63,560 bases of DNA, filler included, from Collodictyon triciliatum (GCA_043381765.1; 19 parts of 19 records of this genome joined end to end with filler, not necessarily neighbours in it), one strand, 5' to 3'; positions 1 to 13,540 are shown, counted from the first letter of the whole stretch. Notes: generated from the sequence alone by a model not told the origin. Numbers and translations: made by a program.

Positions 1-213
1 AAAGAACAGAGAAAGAACAGAGAAAGAACAGAGAAAGAACAGAGAAAGAACAGAGAAAGAACAGAGAAAGAACAGAGAAAGAAAGAGAAAAGAGAAAAGA
101 GAAAATGAGAAAATGAGAAAAGAGAAAATGAGAAAATGAGAAAAGAGAAAAGAGGCAGTAAAAAGACTACGTGAGCCCTGCATGAATAAACATGTTGGTA
201 ATTATCAAAATGA

Positions 214-3080
214 CCTTTGCATCATCAAGAAAGTTGATAAAGTTATCACTCATGAGCAAATGGAAATCCTCTGCGATTTTTGCGAACGTTGGGCGGGCGT
301 CTGGACTTTGATTCCAAGCTACTTCCATCACTTGGCGATATTGCTTCGGAATATCAGAATGAACCTCAGGTCTTTTTCTTCCTTGGGTGATCTCAATCGT
401 CATGTTATATTTGTTTTCATTCTCATATGGTTCCTTTTGCGTAATAATTTCCCAGAATATCACACCAAAACTATAGACATCCGATTTTTGAGAGTATTTT
501 GTGTCCATGATGACCTCGGGCGCAAGCCAGGCCAACCTCTTAGACAATAGGTCTCGTTTGTGCGGATTGACCCGATGGAATATGTAATCACTTCAAATGG
601 AGCAAAGCGACGTGGAAAAGATAGAGACAGACATACTCATGAATTTAGAAGTCCCATTGACTTAACTTACATAAATAGACATCCAATGATACTAAATATA
701 AAACTACAGTCATATATATATGGTGCTACCTGACTTTGGCGTTCCAATTAGTATCGATCTGCAGCGTAATTATATCAAATGAGTTAGACATCTTCTGCAT
801 AGAACGGGGAGCGGAAAGAAATTAAATTGAAAATAGTTGCATAATATTAAACTTTTAATTGCAAAAATGTCTCTCGTACCAAAATATTGAAGCTGTTTAA
901 ATTTCCATGAAGTATAGGAGAATCATGAGAGTGTAGATATATCATACCTTAAAGAACAAGTGGAGCATTTAAACTCAGCGATTTACATAAAAGGCCGAGA
1001 CATACATGTAAAAGGAAGGTGATTTCATGTTACATATTTCAATCAAATATTCAAAATACCTCTGATAATATCACGCGCAAATTTCAGCCTTTGCTTGAGG
1101 GGTATCTCTTTGTTTTCTTTCAACAATCGATGCAGTGAACCGTCTTCCATATACTCCATGATCAAATACCATGCTTCCTCTTTCATGACTAGCCCCATGT
1201 TAAGGACGATATTGGGGTGTCGGAGCTGGCGTCTATGCAAATGCAAATCATGTTGTTTGACAATTTATCCAAGATTTCCTTGTGCATAAAGTCCATATAT
1301 GAATCTATTATCAATCCGACTATAATGAAAGATGATACAGAAATGGTAGTATTAGGTTGTCAACCAGATGAATACGGGTACGTGGACATACATCAAATCT
1401 CTGAATTTTTCTGTGTTCTTTTCAAGGTCAGATTCTGTAAAAAATTCGTTGACGCGTTTCAATGCGATTTTGGACCCTCTCCATACGCCTGGCACGACCT
1501 ATTGCATGTGGACTTTATGGCATACATTTGAAAATAGTAATATAAATATCTTTCATTATCATTTTCATATAAACAATGATTTTCTTTCCTCAATAATGAA
1601 AATATCAATATAAGTAACGGCAGTACCAGGAGAGAATCTATCATAGTGTCACCAGGTTCTTTGACCTCTATTTCCTCCGCTGTAATTGAATCAAGCAACC
1701 CAGAGTTGTCGATTCCAACTTTATTTCTTTTTGTAATAGAATGTATTTTGTACCATCCAAACAGAGCCAGAAGGAAACCACCCAAGGTCACCGGTATGAT
1801 GATGGACAAGTTTCTCTTAGAAGATGAACTCTCTAATATTTTGTTTACTGAGTTATTTATAATTCTCAAATAATTTTGAACCACAAGAGCAAAGTATTTG
1901 ACACTATTGTCGTTATCGACATCAAATTAAAGCAATTCTACCATCCTGCGATTGGCATTCAACCTGTCATTAATGCATACTCGTGAATGGAATGTTTTTT
2001 TTTCGGGTTAGATATATAATTCAACATATTACCACGTAATACAAATTTTATTCTGATAAAAATAGCTTTTGAACAAAACGCCCAAACGACGTTATTTCGC
2101 TTTCACAAGCACCTTCCTGGTATTTTCTACTTCATGGGTGCACTTAAAACAGCGTCCTAATGTTTCATTGAAAAAAGAACCGGCCGAACACACGCAACCT
2201 CTATTCATAACGAAATTTGTTTCGGGAGGACAATCTATAGTTTAAATAAAACAAATTATAATGAAGACGTCTGGACCCCATCACTACAAATAAAAACTAG
2301 CAAAAACGGTTGCATAATAAATAATATACTCACATATGTGGGAGATGGTAAACCCTTCTCCCTTTCTTGTCATATCATATTGACCATAAGCAAAAAACTT
2401 TATTCGAAATCCATAATTTGATTTTGCAACAGCGCTTTCTCCCTTTCCAGTAATGGTTGAAATAGTTGTTGTGCTGTCTTGTGGTGTGAAAGCTTCAATC
2501 GTTATCCTTCATTAAAGAGTATATAAATGATGTGAAAATTACTTGGGACAACATCTTTTCAATATAGTACAATTTGGGTCTAATAAATTATGATTAAATG
2601 TAATATCTATAAATGGTCTTCAATTTGTGTGGTATATACGAATCCAAAGCTGCCAGGTCATGGTTGGCCCACGCATGAGTTGCGTATGGAAGATTCCATG
2701 AACAATTCGACCCTGAAAAGTAGTATGCATGACCGCTCCCATCCTCAAAGGACGAAACAGTACTCGTTGAAGTGACAGGGGTCAAGTTCGTTTCATGACA
2801 GAACGCTGAAATTATTTAAGATTGACAGTATTTATTTATTCGATCAAAATGAACGGTCTGGATAAAAAATTGAAGAAAAAAAAGCAAGATTTTCAATGGT
2901 ATTCATGCGAACTTTGTAAAATTTTACATGGTGTAAATTTTGAGATTGAAGTTGCTCGAGATTTTTTTGCTGCTCCACCCACTATGAAGACATCTTTATT
3001 TGCCAGAGTAATTCCATCAGCGTACCTTCCTCCAAAATTTTCTCTTCGAGATAGCGTCGCCCATTTCAAGGTTTCTATTT
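214..3080 (-). CDS. Multi-exon single-pass receptor-like TKL-type pseudokinase (partial at both ends) with kelch-like and Cys-rich ectodomain
   Basis: Manual splicing at GT-AG sites gives ectodomain pieces (KDVFIVGGAAKK; CPPETNFVMNRGCVCSAGSFFNETLGRCFKC), a TM helix (IIIPVTLGGFLLALFGWY) and kinase subdomains VWRGSKIALKRV, LRHPNIVLNMG, GMIYLHSHDSPILHGNLNSFNIL, WNAKVSDYIF, WLAPE, SDVYSFGVIFWEI and RPTF. Confidence 0.85.
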
Positions 3081-3109
3081 AATAGAAAGAAAGAAAGAAA
3101 GAAAGAAAA

Positions 3110-3145
<36 letters not shown>

Positions 3146-3319
3146 AAAGAAAAGAAAAGAAAAGAAAAGAAAAGAAAAGAAAAGAAAAGAAAAGAAAAGA
3201 AAAGAAAAAAAAAGAAAAGAAAAAAAAAGAAAAGAAAGGAAAAGAAAGGAAAAGAAAGGAAAAGAAAGGAAAAGAAAGGAAAAGAAAGGAAAAGAAAGGA
3301 AAAGAAAGGAAAAGAAAAG

Positions 3320-3419
3320 NNNNNNNNNNNNNNNNNNNNNNNNNNNNNNNNNNNNNNNNNNNNTTAATTAATTAANNNNNNNNNNNNNNNNNNNNNNNNN
3401 NNNNNNNNNNNNNNNNNNN
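3320..3419. other. Artificial contig-joining linker (N44-TTAATTAATTAA-N44); first of 18
   Basis: The identical 100-nt spacer with six-frame stops also starts at about 6739, 10158, 13636, 17055, 20473, 23890, 27307, 30723, 34139, 36637, 40051, 43102, 46515, 49927, 53339, 56748 and 60153. Most contigs are about 3.3 kb and roughly length-sorted. Confidence 0.98.
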
Positions 3420-3509
3420 TTTTTGTTTTTTTGTTTTTTTGTTTTTTTGTTTTTTTTTGTTTTTTTGTTTTTTGTTTTTTGTTTGTTTGTTTTTTGTTTG
3501 TTTTTTGTT

Positions 3510-4010
3510 TTTTGGAGTGTTGGACAGAACAAGAGAGCTTTTGCAAGGATGCCGGCACCCGAGCGGTTGTGAAGGAAAGAGTTCAGACCCACGCGCGTCT
3601 CAATAAGTGTGGCGGTTTGGGCTCGGAAGTGAAAGTGTTTAAAGAGAGCACAAAGGCGTCCCCATTTAGAAAGGAACGTTCTTATGCGCCCAACTTTCTC
3701 TGGAAAATACACATCTGTACACAAACGTCTGAATTCCAGTGCTACCGCGCACTAACCATCGTCGCTTGGACGATAAATTAATAGTAGATAGAAAGATAGA
3801 TAAATGTGGTTAAAAAAATATGAAGCATTCTGCTGCACTCATCACCAAGGGTATCTCGGTTCAAATCTAGAGCCTTTTGATGTATCGTGCTCTTCTGCAA
3901 CATCTCTGTATTTATTTCTTTGTACAGATGTGCGGGCGAAGTGCAAGGACTTAAGCGGACCAGTAGGTGGTACGTTGCGCGGTTCAGAAAATTCTTAAAC
4001 ATATCCTGTA
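3510..4010 (-). CDS. Possible leucine-rich-repeat protein fragment (may be degenerate)
   Basis: LRR-like segments KALDLNRDTLGDECSRMLHIFL and FLHNRSGAGILAKALLFCPTLQK. No clean upstream frame was found. Confidence 0.35.
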
Positions 4011-4149
4011 ACGGAGTTTTGTGGGGATTTTGAAGTTAATTTATGCGTAATTAGCCATCGTTGAAAGGAATAATATATTTACTCTTGTATCTACAGACCG
4101 TCTGGAATATGGTGATTTTTCAGGGAGAGAGAGATGTTGATGTTGATGT

Positions 4150-4199
<50 letters not shown>

Positions 4200-4758
4200 T
4201 TGATGTTGATGTTGATGTTGATGTTGATGTTGATGATGCAATACGTCCACTATCTAAATTCACACATTGCAGTTCCTGGCCGCACTCATAGCATGCTTCC
4301 AGCGCCTTATACAAACTCACTCTTCTGCTTCAAATTATTTTGCTAATGCTAGTTTGATGCATTCTGCCGGCAGCATATGTCTTTCACTTGCCTGCCTTCT
4401 CTCTTTTTCATGGGAGGCAGGAAGATTTCATGGAGCCAAATCTTTTCGTCGCTGTTCAAAAACTGCTCCTCTTAATTGCATATCCTAACGTAAGTTCTCC
4501 GTTTCATTTTCATCGTGGTATCTTGGCGGTGGTTTCAAAGCAATCAATATTATAAATCATACGCCCACAAAGGCGGGACTCTGGTCGCCACCCTATTTGT
4601 GGGCGCTCGGCTAGCGGTGGGTAAAATAAGTCCAGATATGGTAGTTTATTTCCAGTTCGGGTTTTGGCGATGTTTTCGTGGCCTGGGTTGCGAGTGGCGA
4701 TCAAAGCTGTTCGTGCGGACTTGCCTCGCCTGATCTGCTTGACGCTGTAGGCTGGGCG

Positions 4759-6279
4759 ATGGGGAAGAAGAACTTGAAGCCTTGGGAAAACAGCACTGGC
4801 GGCACATCCCTGGAGTTTCTGGGCAAACAACGCACCAGCAGACGGCATATTAAAAGTTTGTGCTCAATTATTCTGTTTTTTATCTCCTCGCTTCTTTCGC
4901 TTGGCGTTGATGCACTGAAGGTGCGGCTACCCTCTTTGCTCTGTTGCTTGCTTGAAACTGCTCTCTTGACATAGTGCTTACTATCCTATTTTAGAAATAT
5001 TAAAGTCACAGACCACTTACTGCTTATTTGTATACCTTGAAGTGACATTCACACACCTTCGCTCAGAAGGCTTTGTTATTATTACTATTGTGATCATCAT
5101 GATTAGTATTTTATTGGTATTGATTTATCATACCCCTTCGTGGAAAAAAAAGGATTATTCTAACACTATGCTCCTCTATCCCCATTCTCTCAACCATAGT
5201 TAAGAAAGTAAAATCGCACCAAAAGGCAAAGTATGGCTGTAAACTTTTCAATAATGATTGAAATTGGACCTAGTAATTTGGTCCTTTTTTAAAAATAATT
5301 ACGGTATGTGTCTCGGCATACATTAGTTATATTATTGTAATATTTTTAGAATTCTGAGAAAATACAACAAGATTCTGAAGGAAGTTGGACGAGAATCTGA
5401 CATTTCATTTGTACCTTTCAAGAAACGCCAAAATGAAAACCCAGAAGATGGAGTTTATGTAAGAGATAAAAAAAATTGTCTTCTTTTAGAAAACCAACAT
5501 TTGAACATTTGCTTTCAAACTTTAGAAAACTATATCATTCTGATTTTATTCCAGCAGACAACTTTTTCAGGAAATGGAAAAGATAATCCTGTAGAACAGA
5601 AAGCGTCACCAACCAAGCCGAGTAGGGAGCTACTTTTTTTCTTTTTCTTTTTCCTTTTATAAAGTATGACTGCGTCAGATATGGAAATAGTTTATTATTG
5701 AGTAACTTGGCAGAATAAAACATAAATTGACTTCATGTGTTGTTTTTCGTTTTGGTTGATTTTCTCATTTATCCCCTATCCATTTTCATTTGGAGCAAGT
5801 ATTCGAAAAAAAATACATTTATGCAAATTGGAGAATATATGACGCCTCTGACGATCGCTTTATGTATAGTTAAGGGAAAGGGGAAGGTGAGCAAAGCAGC
5901 AGCTGTCAAAACTGTGTCCCTTGCAGAAGCCGCACATGAAAAGTACATGTTACTACACGAGGAAAGAGAGAAACAACGTATTAAGATGGAGGAGGATAAA
6001 AGACTGCAGGAATTAGAGAGAGTGAATAAACAAAAACAGAAGCTTTATGAAAAGAAAAAGGTACATTTTTTTTATTTCATTCGAAAAAAAAAAGAGAGAC
6101 TTGGCTTCAAAAATGTCGTTTAATATATATTAAATTGCAAACCCCAGCCGAACATTTGTAACTATCTGATTTAACATACCCAATATCTACCTGATTCACT
6201 TTAGCACATGGAAAGGACAAGAAAGGGACAGCCTGTAATGAAAAACATTCTTCATGGAGTCCTTAAGAAATTAAATTGA
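4759..6279 (+). CDS. FYV7: rRNA-processing protein, Fyv7/TAP26 (CCDC59) family, about 6 exons
   Basis: Spliced product MGKKNLKPWENSTGGTSLEFLGK...IKKVKSHQKAKILRKYNKILKE...charged coiled coil...ERTRKGQPVMKNILHGVLKKLN*. The C-terminal RTxKGQPxM motif is characteristic of the family. TGA at 6277-6279. Confidence 0.8.
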
Positions 6280-6459
6280 GCGACAGCGTCCACTTTAATT
6301 TCTATCTTCTAAAAAAAGAACTATTGGTCTACAAACGCTTTACAGACGAGAGTTTAAAGAAATCGTTTGAAATATCTGAAATGGTAGAGTTTACTATCAC
6401 AAACTTTCGTCCATATTTATCACCATTCGTAAAATTAACAAATTGCGCAAGTCGGGAAG

Positions 6460-6738
6460 TTTTTTTAGCTTTGATTCGCTAGCCATCGTTTGCGTGGACG
6501 CTACTTGGTGGCCGGGTGGTGGAGAAGTAGTCGGTAATCAGGAATTGCATCCTGCGCTTTGGCCTGTAGCCTGGGTCTTTTGCTTGCATGAGAGATACAA
6601 GGCGAGGTTTAATATCTTTCTCAGCCTCTATCCACATATCTCTTCTTACAGGGTCTGAGTAGTAGAGAACGTGCAGGTGGCGAAGAAAGCTATTGAGGAA
6701 AGAGATTTGTATGATGTCATTCAGCCTGTTATCAGGAA
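6460..6738 (-). mobile_element. L1/Tx1-like LINE subfamily A, 3' fragment (cut by the contig end)
   Basis: The reverse complement is near-identical to about 20873-21145 and ends in an A7 run. Confidence 0.9.
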
Positions 6739-6861
6739 NNNNNNNNNNNNNNNNNNNNNNNNNNNNNNNNNNNNNNNNNNNNTTAATTAATTAANNNNNN
6801 NNNNNNNNNNNNNNNNNNNNNNNNNNNNNNNNNNNNNNAAAAAAAAACATTAAAAAAAAAA

Positions 6862-6929
<68 letters not shown>

Positions 6930-7058
6930 AGTAATATTAACAGTAAAGGAGAGCAATAGCAATTTTAGTTATTCAGAACGCCGCCTAAAAAAGATACAGT
7001 CGAGAGAAAATCAAGGAAGTCGCCATCGATCAGAGTTTCTCTCACTCTTGGACACAGT

Positions 7059-7114
7059 TTTTTTTTTTTATTCTTCCTTTCAGTTTTGTGCAGGATAGCA
7101 GAGATGTTGGCTTT
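7059..7114 (-). mobile_element. 5'-truncated LINE subfamily A stub with 17-bp TSD
   Basis: The insert matches the element 3' end (aaagccaacatc...tgaaaggaagaataaaa+polyA). It is flanked by tcactcttggacacagt (7042-7058) and tcactcttggacaaagt (7115-7131). Confidence 0.9.
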
Positions 7115-7506
7115 TCACTCTTGGACAAAGTAGAATACTTGATTCCTTGTGACTCGACCTTCCAAGACGATATGGCCTTCATCTTTGGCACATAAAACAA
7201 CATGGTTGGTTTGCTCCAGGTCGATCATCGGTGGGTCTCTAGGTTTTCGCCAACATACCGTTGATCGCGCCAGACACAAAGAAACCTCTGAAAAAAAATG
7301 AAGGGGAAAAGTGGCCACTGAATTGGCCCTCGATTTATCAACTGATTGATTACACTTGTATAAATATATACGGTATTTCAGACAATTTACGTTAATGTCG
7401 ATAGTAATGATTTAATAAATAAATTCCACATATAGAATGTGACAGCGTCCTTGCTTCGGTGCCTCTTGCTCGTTGTGTTTTGGGTAGGAGCGCAACCAAA
7501 AAAAAC

Positions 7507-9904
7507 TCACATAGTCATAGCTGTATTCCGACCGATGCGTTTTCTCTGTGCGTTCGCATTTGCCTGGCTTTGGAGTATACGTGCTTCTAGTGTTAGGGCA
7601 TGAGAGCCCCCAAATAGCAATGCGCGCCCGACCGCAGCCTTTTCTAAATACACAGACGCTCGGTGGGGGTCGCCCTGTGGGTAAATTAATGGATTAAAAT
7701 ACCACCAAATGAATGGGAATTCTGAGCTTTATTTATTTATTTATTTATTCCCTCCTTTCTTTCTTTTTGGACTATACTATGAATGGAATGCACGATGGAT
7801 TTAAAACAAATTTTCTTCATAAAACCGGATTGCTCACCATACTCAGACTCAACGAGCCTAGATAGAAATACGATTCAACTGTGAGGTGGTGGAATTCTCC
7901 GAGAATATTCTGTCGTGTTTGACAACTCTGATTATGCAGTGACAGGGCTTCCTGATAGGTATCTTAGAATGAATAAATCATCATAAATCATCATAAATCA
8001 TCATAAATCATCATAAATCATCATAAATCATCATAATAAATGAGAATAATAGCAATAGTCATTTCCAAATATCAGGTAGTTATTTTGGCATAATTATTTA
8101 TTTTTCATGGCAAAAATTACAGATGGTCTCTTCATATCTTTCAATATATTTGCCATGGAAAATTGGGTGTCAGCAGTTAGTGTATGGTTGGAGCCTAGTT
8201 CCTTCTCTCGAATTTTGAGAGCTTTTTCATAGAAGCGAAGCGCTTCATCCAAACGGCTTTGTCGATCAAAACTTTTGCAATTCAATATCATATCTCGTTA
8301 ATTAAGTGGTACCGAAGGTCAAGATTTGCTGGATGATAAATAGTGTTTTTTTTAATTGCAGAATATGAATGTGACAAACCAAACAGCGAGGTTATGGCAA
8401 ACATCAGCCGTTGCGAGCTTAGACATCCCTCCCAAGACATCTACACATGTAAATTGATCTATTGCGCACGATATATATACACATATTTGATAGAAACGAT
8501 AGCTTCGAAGCAAAATACAGAAACTTACTCTCACTCTTTCTTAGCGATGTTTGCAAAACTGTTATTGCATCTGCATATCTGTCTTGTTTTATGTAAACAA
8601 GACCTATGTCTATTTTCATGTACATCAGGATATTTCTTGCAAGAGAAAATGAAAATCCCTAATCACATACTTAAAAAAAGGCTAGCCGTAGTTGGATCAT
8701 CCTTTCCAACCCTGCTCTCTAGTAAATTCAGACTTTGTATATACATCTTCAAGGATTCATCCCAGTTTCTCTGCAAAATAAATTGACTTTTAATCACGTG
8801 ATATAATCAGTGTAATTTTCTTTCTTCCCCAAAAGCATATTTCCAGAGCATCATCTAAAATGGTTTCTTTTAGATAATCAATATATTGCTGCATCAGTTT
8901 CGGTCGCATTAGATAAATGAGGTACTTTTGCAAACAATACATTCCCAATTCCGAGATATAACGTTGCCCGGACATCATAGTATGGTAAGTTGTGGAAATT
9001 CATGTATGTCACAAAGGAACTTAAATAGTCGTTAGCCTCCTCTATTTTATCATCATCTAAAAGAGCCATTCCTATGTGCAGAGTTTGGAACAACAGAGAG
9101 GGTCAAACATATCTCTTCGCGAGTATTCCATAAATTTGTAAAAATTAAAATTCAATACGTTTTATTGAATGTTTCTTAATACATAGAATACCACAAAACC
9201 AATATTAATACAAATACAAATAATAATACAAATAATAATACAAATAATAATACAAATAATAATACAAATAATAATACAAATAATAATACAAATAATAAGA
9301 CAAATAATAAGACTGAAATGAAAGATTAAAATAACAATAAATGACTAATATGATAGAAAGATAAAAGAAAAAATATGATAGAAAGATACCGTAATCACAT
9401 GCGGAGGAGGCGTACTCCTTAGACAAAGGTCCGTATAAGACTTTTGATAAGTGCGAGACCTGAGCCCTTTTTTCACAAGCAGATTTTCTATCACCTGCAT
9501 GTATACTGTTGTCAGTACACAAAATGTGTTATCGATCACAGGAATCAATCTAAAAACCTGCTCGCTGATGTTTCTGAATTTCCATTAATAAAGCCGCTCG
9601 CTGGTGGTACATGATTTTTTTGTCATCCAGTTCCGCCTCGTCGTTTGCATTAGTGGGATTGATGTTTGTAAAACGAACGGCTTTATTGCGAGATGATACA
9701 ATATGACATTGGTGAATGGACGAGAAAAAGATGTATGATTCTTTTAAAACATCTTAAAATGCACATAATTGGATGATGTGTAACATGAAAAAGACCTTTC
9801 TTTTTATCGGCTTCTTTCTTCATATATGGTACACTGGATTTCATCGATTGTGAAGGAGGTGCTCTGGGCCTTCTGTTGATTCGTTCCTTTCGGTAACCAA
9901 GCAA
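7507..9904 (-). CDS. Multi-exon TPR protein (kinesin-light-chain/nephrocystin-3-type TPR repeats); 5' end uncertain
   Basis: Exons encode EALRFYEKALKIREKELGSNHTLTADTQFSMANIL, IGLVYIKQDRYADAITVLQTSL, YQEALSLHNQSCQTRQNILGEFHHLTVESYFYLG and ASVYLEKAAVGRALLFGGSHALTLEAR. An extra terminal exon near 7240-7287 is possible. Confidence 0.85.
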
Positions 9905-10274
9905 TAGCTACGCTTTAGAATAAAAAAAAAGTAATATCATCATAATGATAAAAAATATTCAAAAACAAAGAAAACAAATAAAAACCAAAACCAAAACCAA
10001 AAACAAGCAAACATATTAACAAAAGTTAATTGCGATACCTTCTTTTTTTTGGCAGCCGAAGTAAAAAAAAAAAAACTTTGCCTTCACAAGATCCTATGGC
10101 GCAATTATTTACCTTTTAATTCATCCCACACATTCAAGAGAGAGAGAGAGAGAGAGANNNNNNNNNNNNNNNNNNNNNNNNNNNNNNNNNNNNNNNNNNN
10201 NTTAATTAATTAANNNNNNNNNNNNNNNNNNNNNNNNNNNNNNNNNNNNNNNNNNNNTTGGATTTTGATCCAAT

Positions 10275-13200
10275 TACCTGCATGTTTTTGTAATAATATG
10301 TGATTATATGAAATTTCAGCATATTTGACTTTACGCAATTCCATATTCAAACTTACCATTTTTTAGTACATATGCAGACATCGCGAACTGATAGTCAAAC
10401 ATCCCAAACAGAATGAGGCTTGATGCGTAGTACAGGATAATTGACAACGGGGCGACATATAAAGTTGGGAATCGATTGGCCACGGGAGACCATTGCTTCG
10501 TCACTGAAGCGGTTAGAGTGAATTATTGAACGATTTGAAACTACAATCAATTACATTTATTTTCGTGTTTCTTTCAGTTTTTTCATGTTTTTGTTTATTT
10601 ACATGTTTCTTATTTATTTTTGCGTTTCTTTGAGTTTTTTTCCCCATCATTTCCGTGTTCTTTACGTCAAAAATCAACCAAAGATAAGCTCTTACAGATG
10701 TTGTATTTCCAAATGTCTAAAGTCGAGTCAAACCCCAATCTACTTCCTCCACCGATGTAAATTGAATATTTCTTGCAGAAGATCGATGCATACTCTCTCG
10801 GCGTTGGGTATATCTGTGACTGTTGAAAGCTTTCGAATGTTTCTGATTCCATGTCTATCCGATAAGCCGGTTGATTTGAGCTAGTGTTAATGGCCAGGTA
10901 TCCCAAAAGCACCCACATTTTTGATTCAATCATGACATATGACGGATTTCGTGGTAGAACACTCAGTACATCTCCGGATTGGGTATTGCGAATCCATACA
11001 GAAGACCACGCCTTTTTTTCTTGATTAAAAATAGAGGGTAGAAGTTAATTATTATAGGATTGTAGTGCCCTTGAAATGGGTGGTATATTTCGCATATGTT
11101 TTGCGTGTTTAAAGTAATTATACTCCTACCGAAGCTGTATTTTCTAAAGATATCTTGAGGACTATCGAACCCGATGGAACCACCCAAAACATAAAGAGTT
11201 CGGTTGTGAATTCCATAAATCTGGGTGTATTAATTTTCTTTTGAAAACTATTTGGGAGATAAAACTACCCACAAGAAAAAGCATAAATTGATTCATACTG
11301 CAGAAATAACCCGAGGAGCGCACGTTGTATTGAAAGAGTCGCACATATGTTCTCTTTGGACAAGGCTCCATGTCCGATTTCCTTTGAAATTGAAAAAAAT
11401 AGGACAGAAAAAAGGGAGTTATTGATTAAATGACGGATCAATTTAACAAAATGGAAAACCGCATATGACAATTGCAGTTGAATTCGTCAAGCTCATACGA
11501 CGGTTAAATGTCCATAAGTCATTCATCAAGATGAGATAAGTTGAAGAAATAGATCCCCCAAAAAGTACAAATGTATCATCATCGAGCTTCCCGAAGTAAA
11601 ATTCGGATCTTGAAGCAGGCTGCTGATTATTTGTTGTCCAAATCCATCTCATCGTGACTTTAATAGAGTAAATAGAAAGCAAATACGGGGGAAGTGCATA
11701 AAAAGTATTTGAGAATTTGACATTTTTTAATGCATATGCTAGTATTTATCAATAATTCATCGCAATAGTATCACCGAATAGAACCTGTGTTAAATATCCA
11801 TATGTCGTTGTATGAACCGAAGTATGCACCACCAACAAGAATTAAATCATCTCGAGTGGCATATATATTAGCCATTCTTCTGACTAGCGGATAATTCAGA
11901 GGCAACGGTTGACCTCTCTTGGAACATGTCCTGGTATCTGTCGTGATATTCAACGACTTCGCTAGAGTGTATAATTGAAAAAATTAAGTAAATCGACGGA
12001 TACCCTTTTTTTCGTCAGTATACTTACCCTAGATTAAGAGTGGTGTAAAAATATTTAAAAATAGAGCGTATCATGTATGGCTAATTTTAGAGATATATTA
12101 TAGTTTTTTAAAAAAATCAGTACGAGATGAATTGTTGACACTTTTATTATTCTATTTTTTTACTAATCATTTAATTTTAAACACGGTATGAAATACTTTG
12201 AATAAGAATCATAAAATCTGTTTTTACACTCTAGTCCATAAAAAGATGTCATGCATGATATCTCTGGGATGTCAATAAACTCGGGACCAAATGTCCAGAA
12301 CACTTGATTGTATATGAATGACGTGTGGGACTCTGCGAAATGAACCTTCGTATCCACGTAATACCATGACAATAAATCTGAATGATATAAAAACCATTTA
12401 TAAATAAATCGAATTATTCGCGTGCACAGAACGTTCAATGTCAACGCTTTTCGGAACAAATTTACGAGGAATCTGAGGAATTTATTACCACAGTCGAGAA
12501 TCCAAATCAAAGTATTTGGGGCATTATCTGTTCGGTATCCTCCAGATACATATAGCTTCTTGAATTCATAAACGTTTGATGCCTTTGTAAGTACCGGGTG
12601 CGTATTCTTGTAGTTTACTTTCACCCAAGACTTAGATCCTAGGATACACGATTGTATATTTAAATTTTTACCCATAAAATAAATAATTAATTTCCAACCA
12701 GGATGTGTATTACCTTCAAGGAGATGGTAGAGAAGCCCATTGGATGGGAGATACTGCGCTACCGAGCCTCCGTACAGATGCAATATGTCATTGTGAAAAA
12801 AGGAGTAAGCGTTTACACCACTCCCTGGGCAGACTAGTAAGTTGCATTCTAGTTGTGTCCAATGACCAATAGACACATCAAGCGTATAAAAGTCTACTCT
12901 TGAATTCAGTGCACAATATGTGTAAACGTAGACCTGGTTTAGGATTTAGGATTGAAATATGCATCACAAATGTAGGAAGACTCCACAAGTACGTAAAAGA
13001 GAATAACACCCATCCACTTTGGCTAACTCAAAATAAAGCATGAAAAATAAAAAACTAACAATGCTTCCTTTCCATGATTGAGTGGAGTAGCTTATGCATG
13101 ATGGATTTTTTCCTGTGGTCTGGAAACTAGAGATAGTCCTTTGTTCTTTGAAAAAGAATTCAAAAGTTTCAGAGTGACATTGATTAATTTATTTTTACAC

Positions 13201-13540
13201 ATAAAATGCAATTATTTCTTAATTTAATTCATTAATTCTTCTTTATATGTTTTGGTTTGATTTTTATTATTGCTATGTAAAGGGCACTTTACCTATGTCG
13301 AACATGAAATACTTGTATGATAGACTCCTGAGATGAGATATTTTCTTTAAATAGGCAGGATAAGGGTGAAAGTATATGAATTATCCCTTCATCAGACCAC
13401 ATATTTAGATAGAAAAATTTTACGGCTGTTGAACCCAGACGACATGGGTACCATTAAATACTGTGATTGGGCTATAGGATGCGAAGGGGGCCTCGTACAA
13501 ATACTCCCATTTCCCTATATAACCAGCGTCATCCAGTAGA
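10275..13540 (-). CDS. Multi-exon kelch-repeat (beta-propeller) protein, probably extracellular; partial
   Basis: Repeated kelch blades: LHLYGGSV, KLYVSGGYRTDNAPNTLIWILD, LILVGGAYFGSYNDIWIFNT, FVLFGGSISSTYLILMNDLWTFN, LYVLGGS, IYIGGGS. Confidence 0.8.

Noticed and set aside
3364-3375. Recurrent TTAATTAATTAA as a biological motif
   Set aside because: It is always centred in 100-nt N spacers, so it is an assembly concatenation linker.
4120-4750. Alternative genetic code suggested by stop-interrupted frames here, in the Fanzor and at 27407-28290
   Set aside because: Conserved genes in the window have no in-frame stops and end in TAA (Arp1) or TGA (Fyv7, rhomboid). The broken regions also contain frameshifts, which fits decay.
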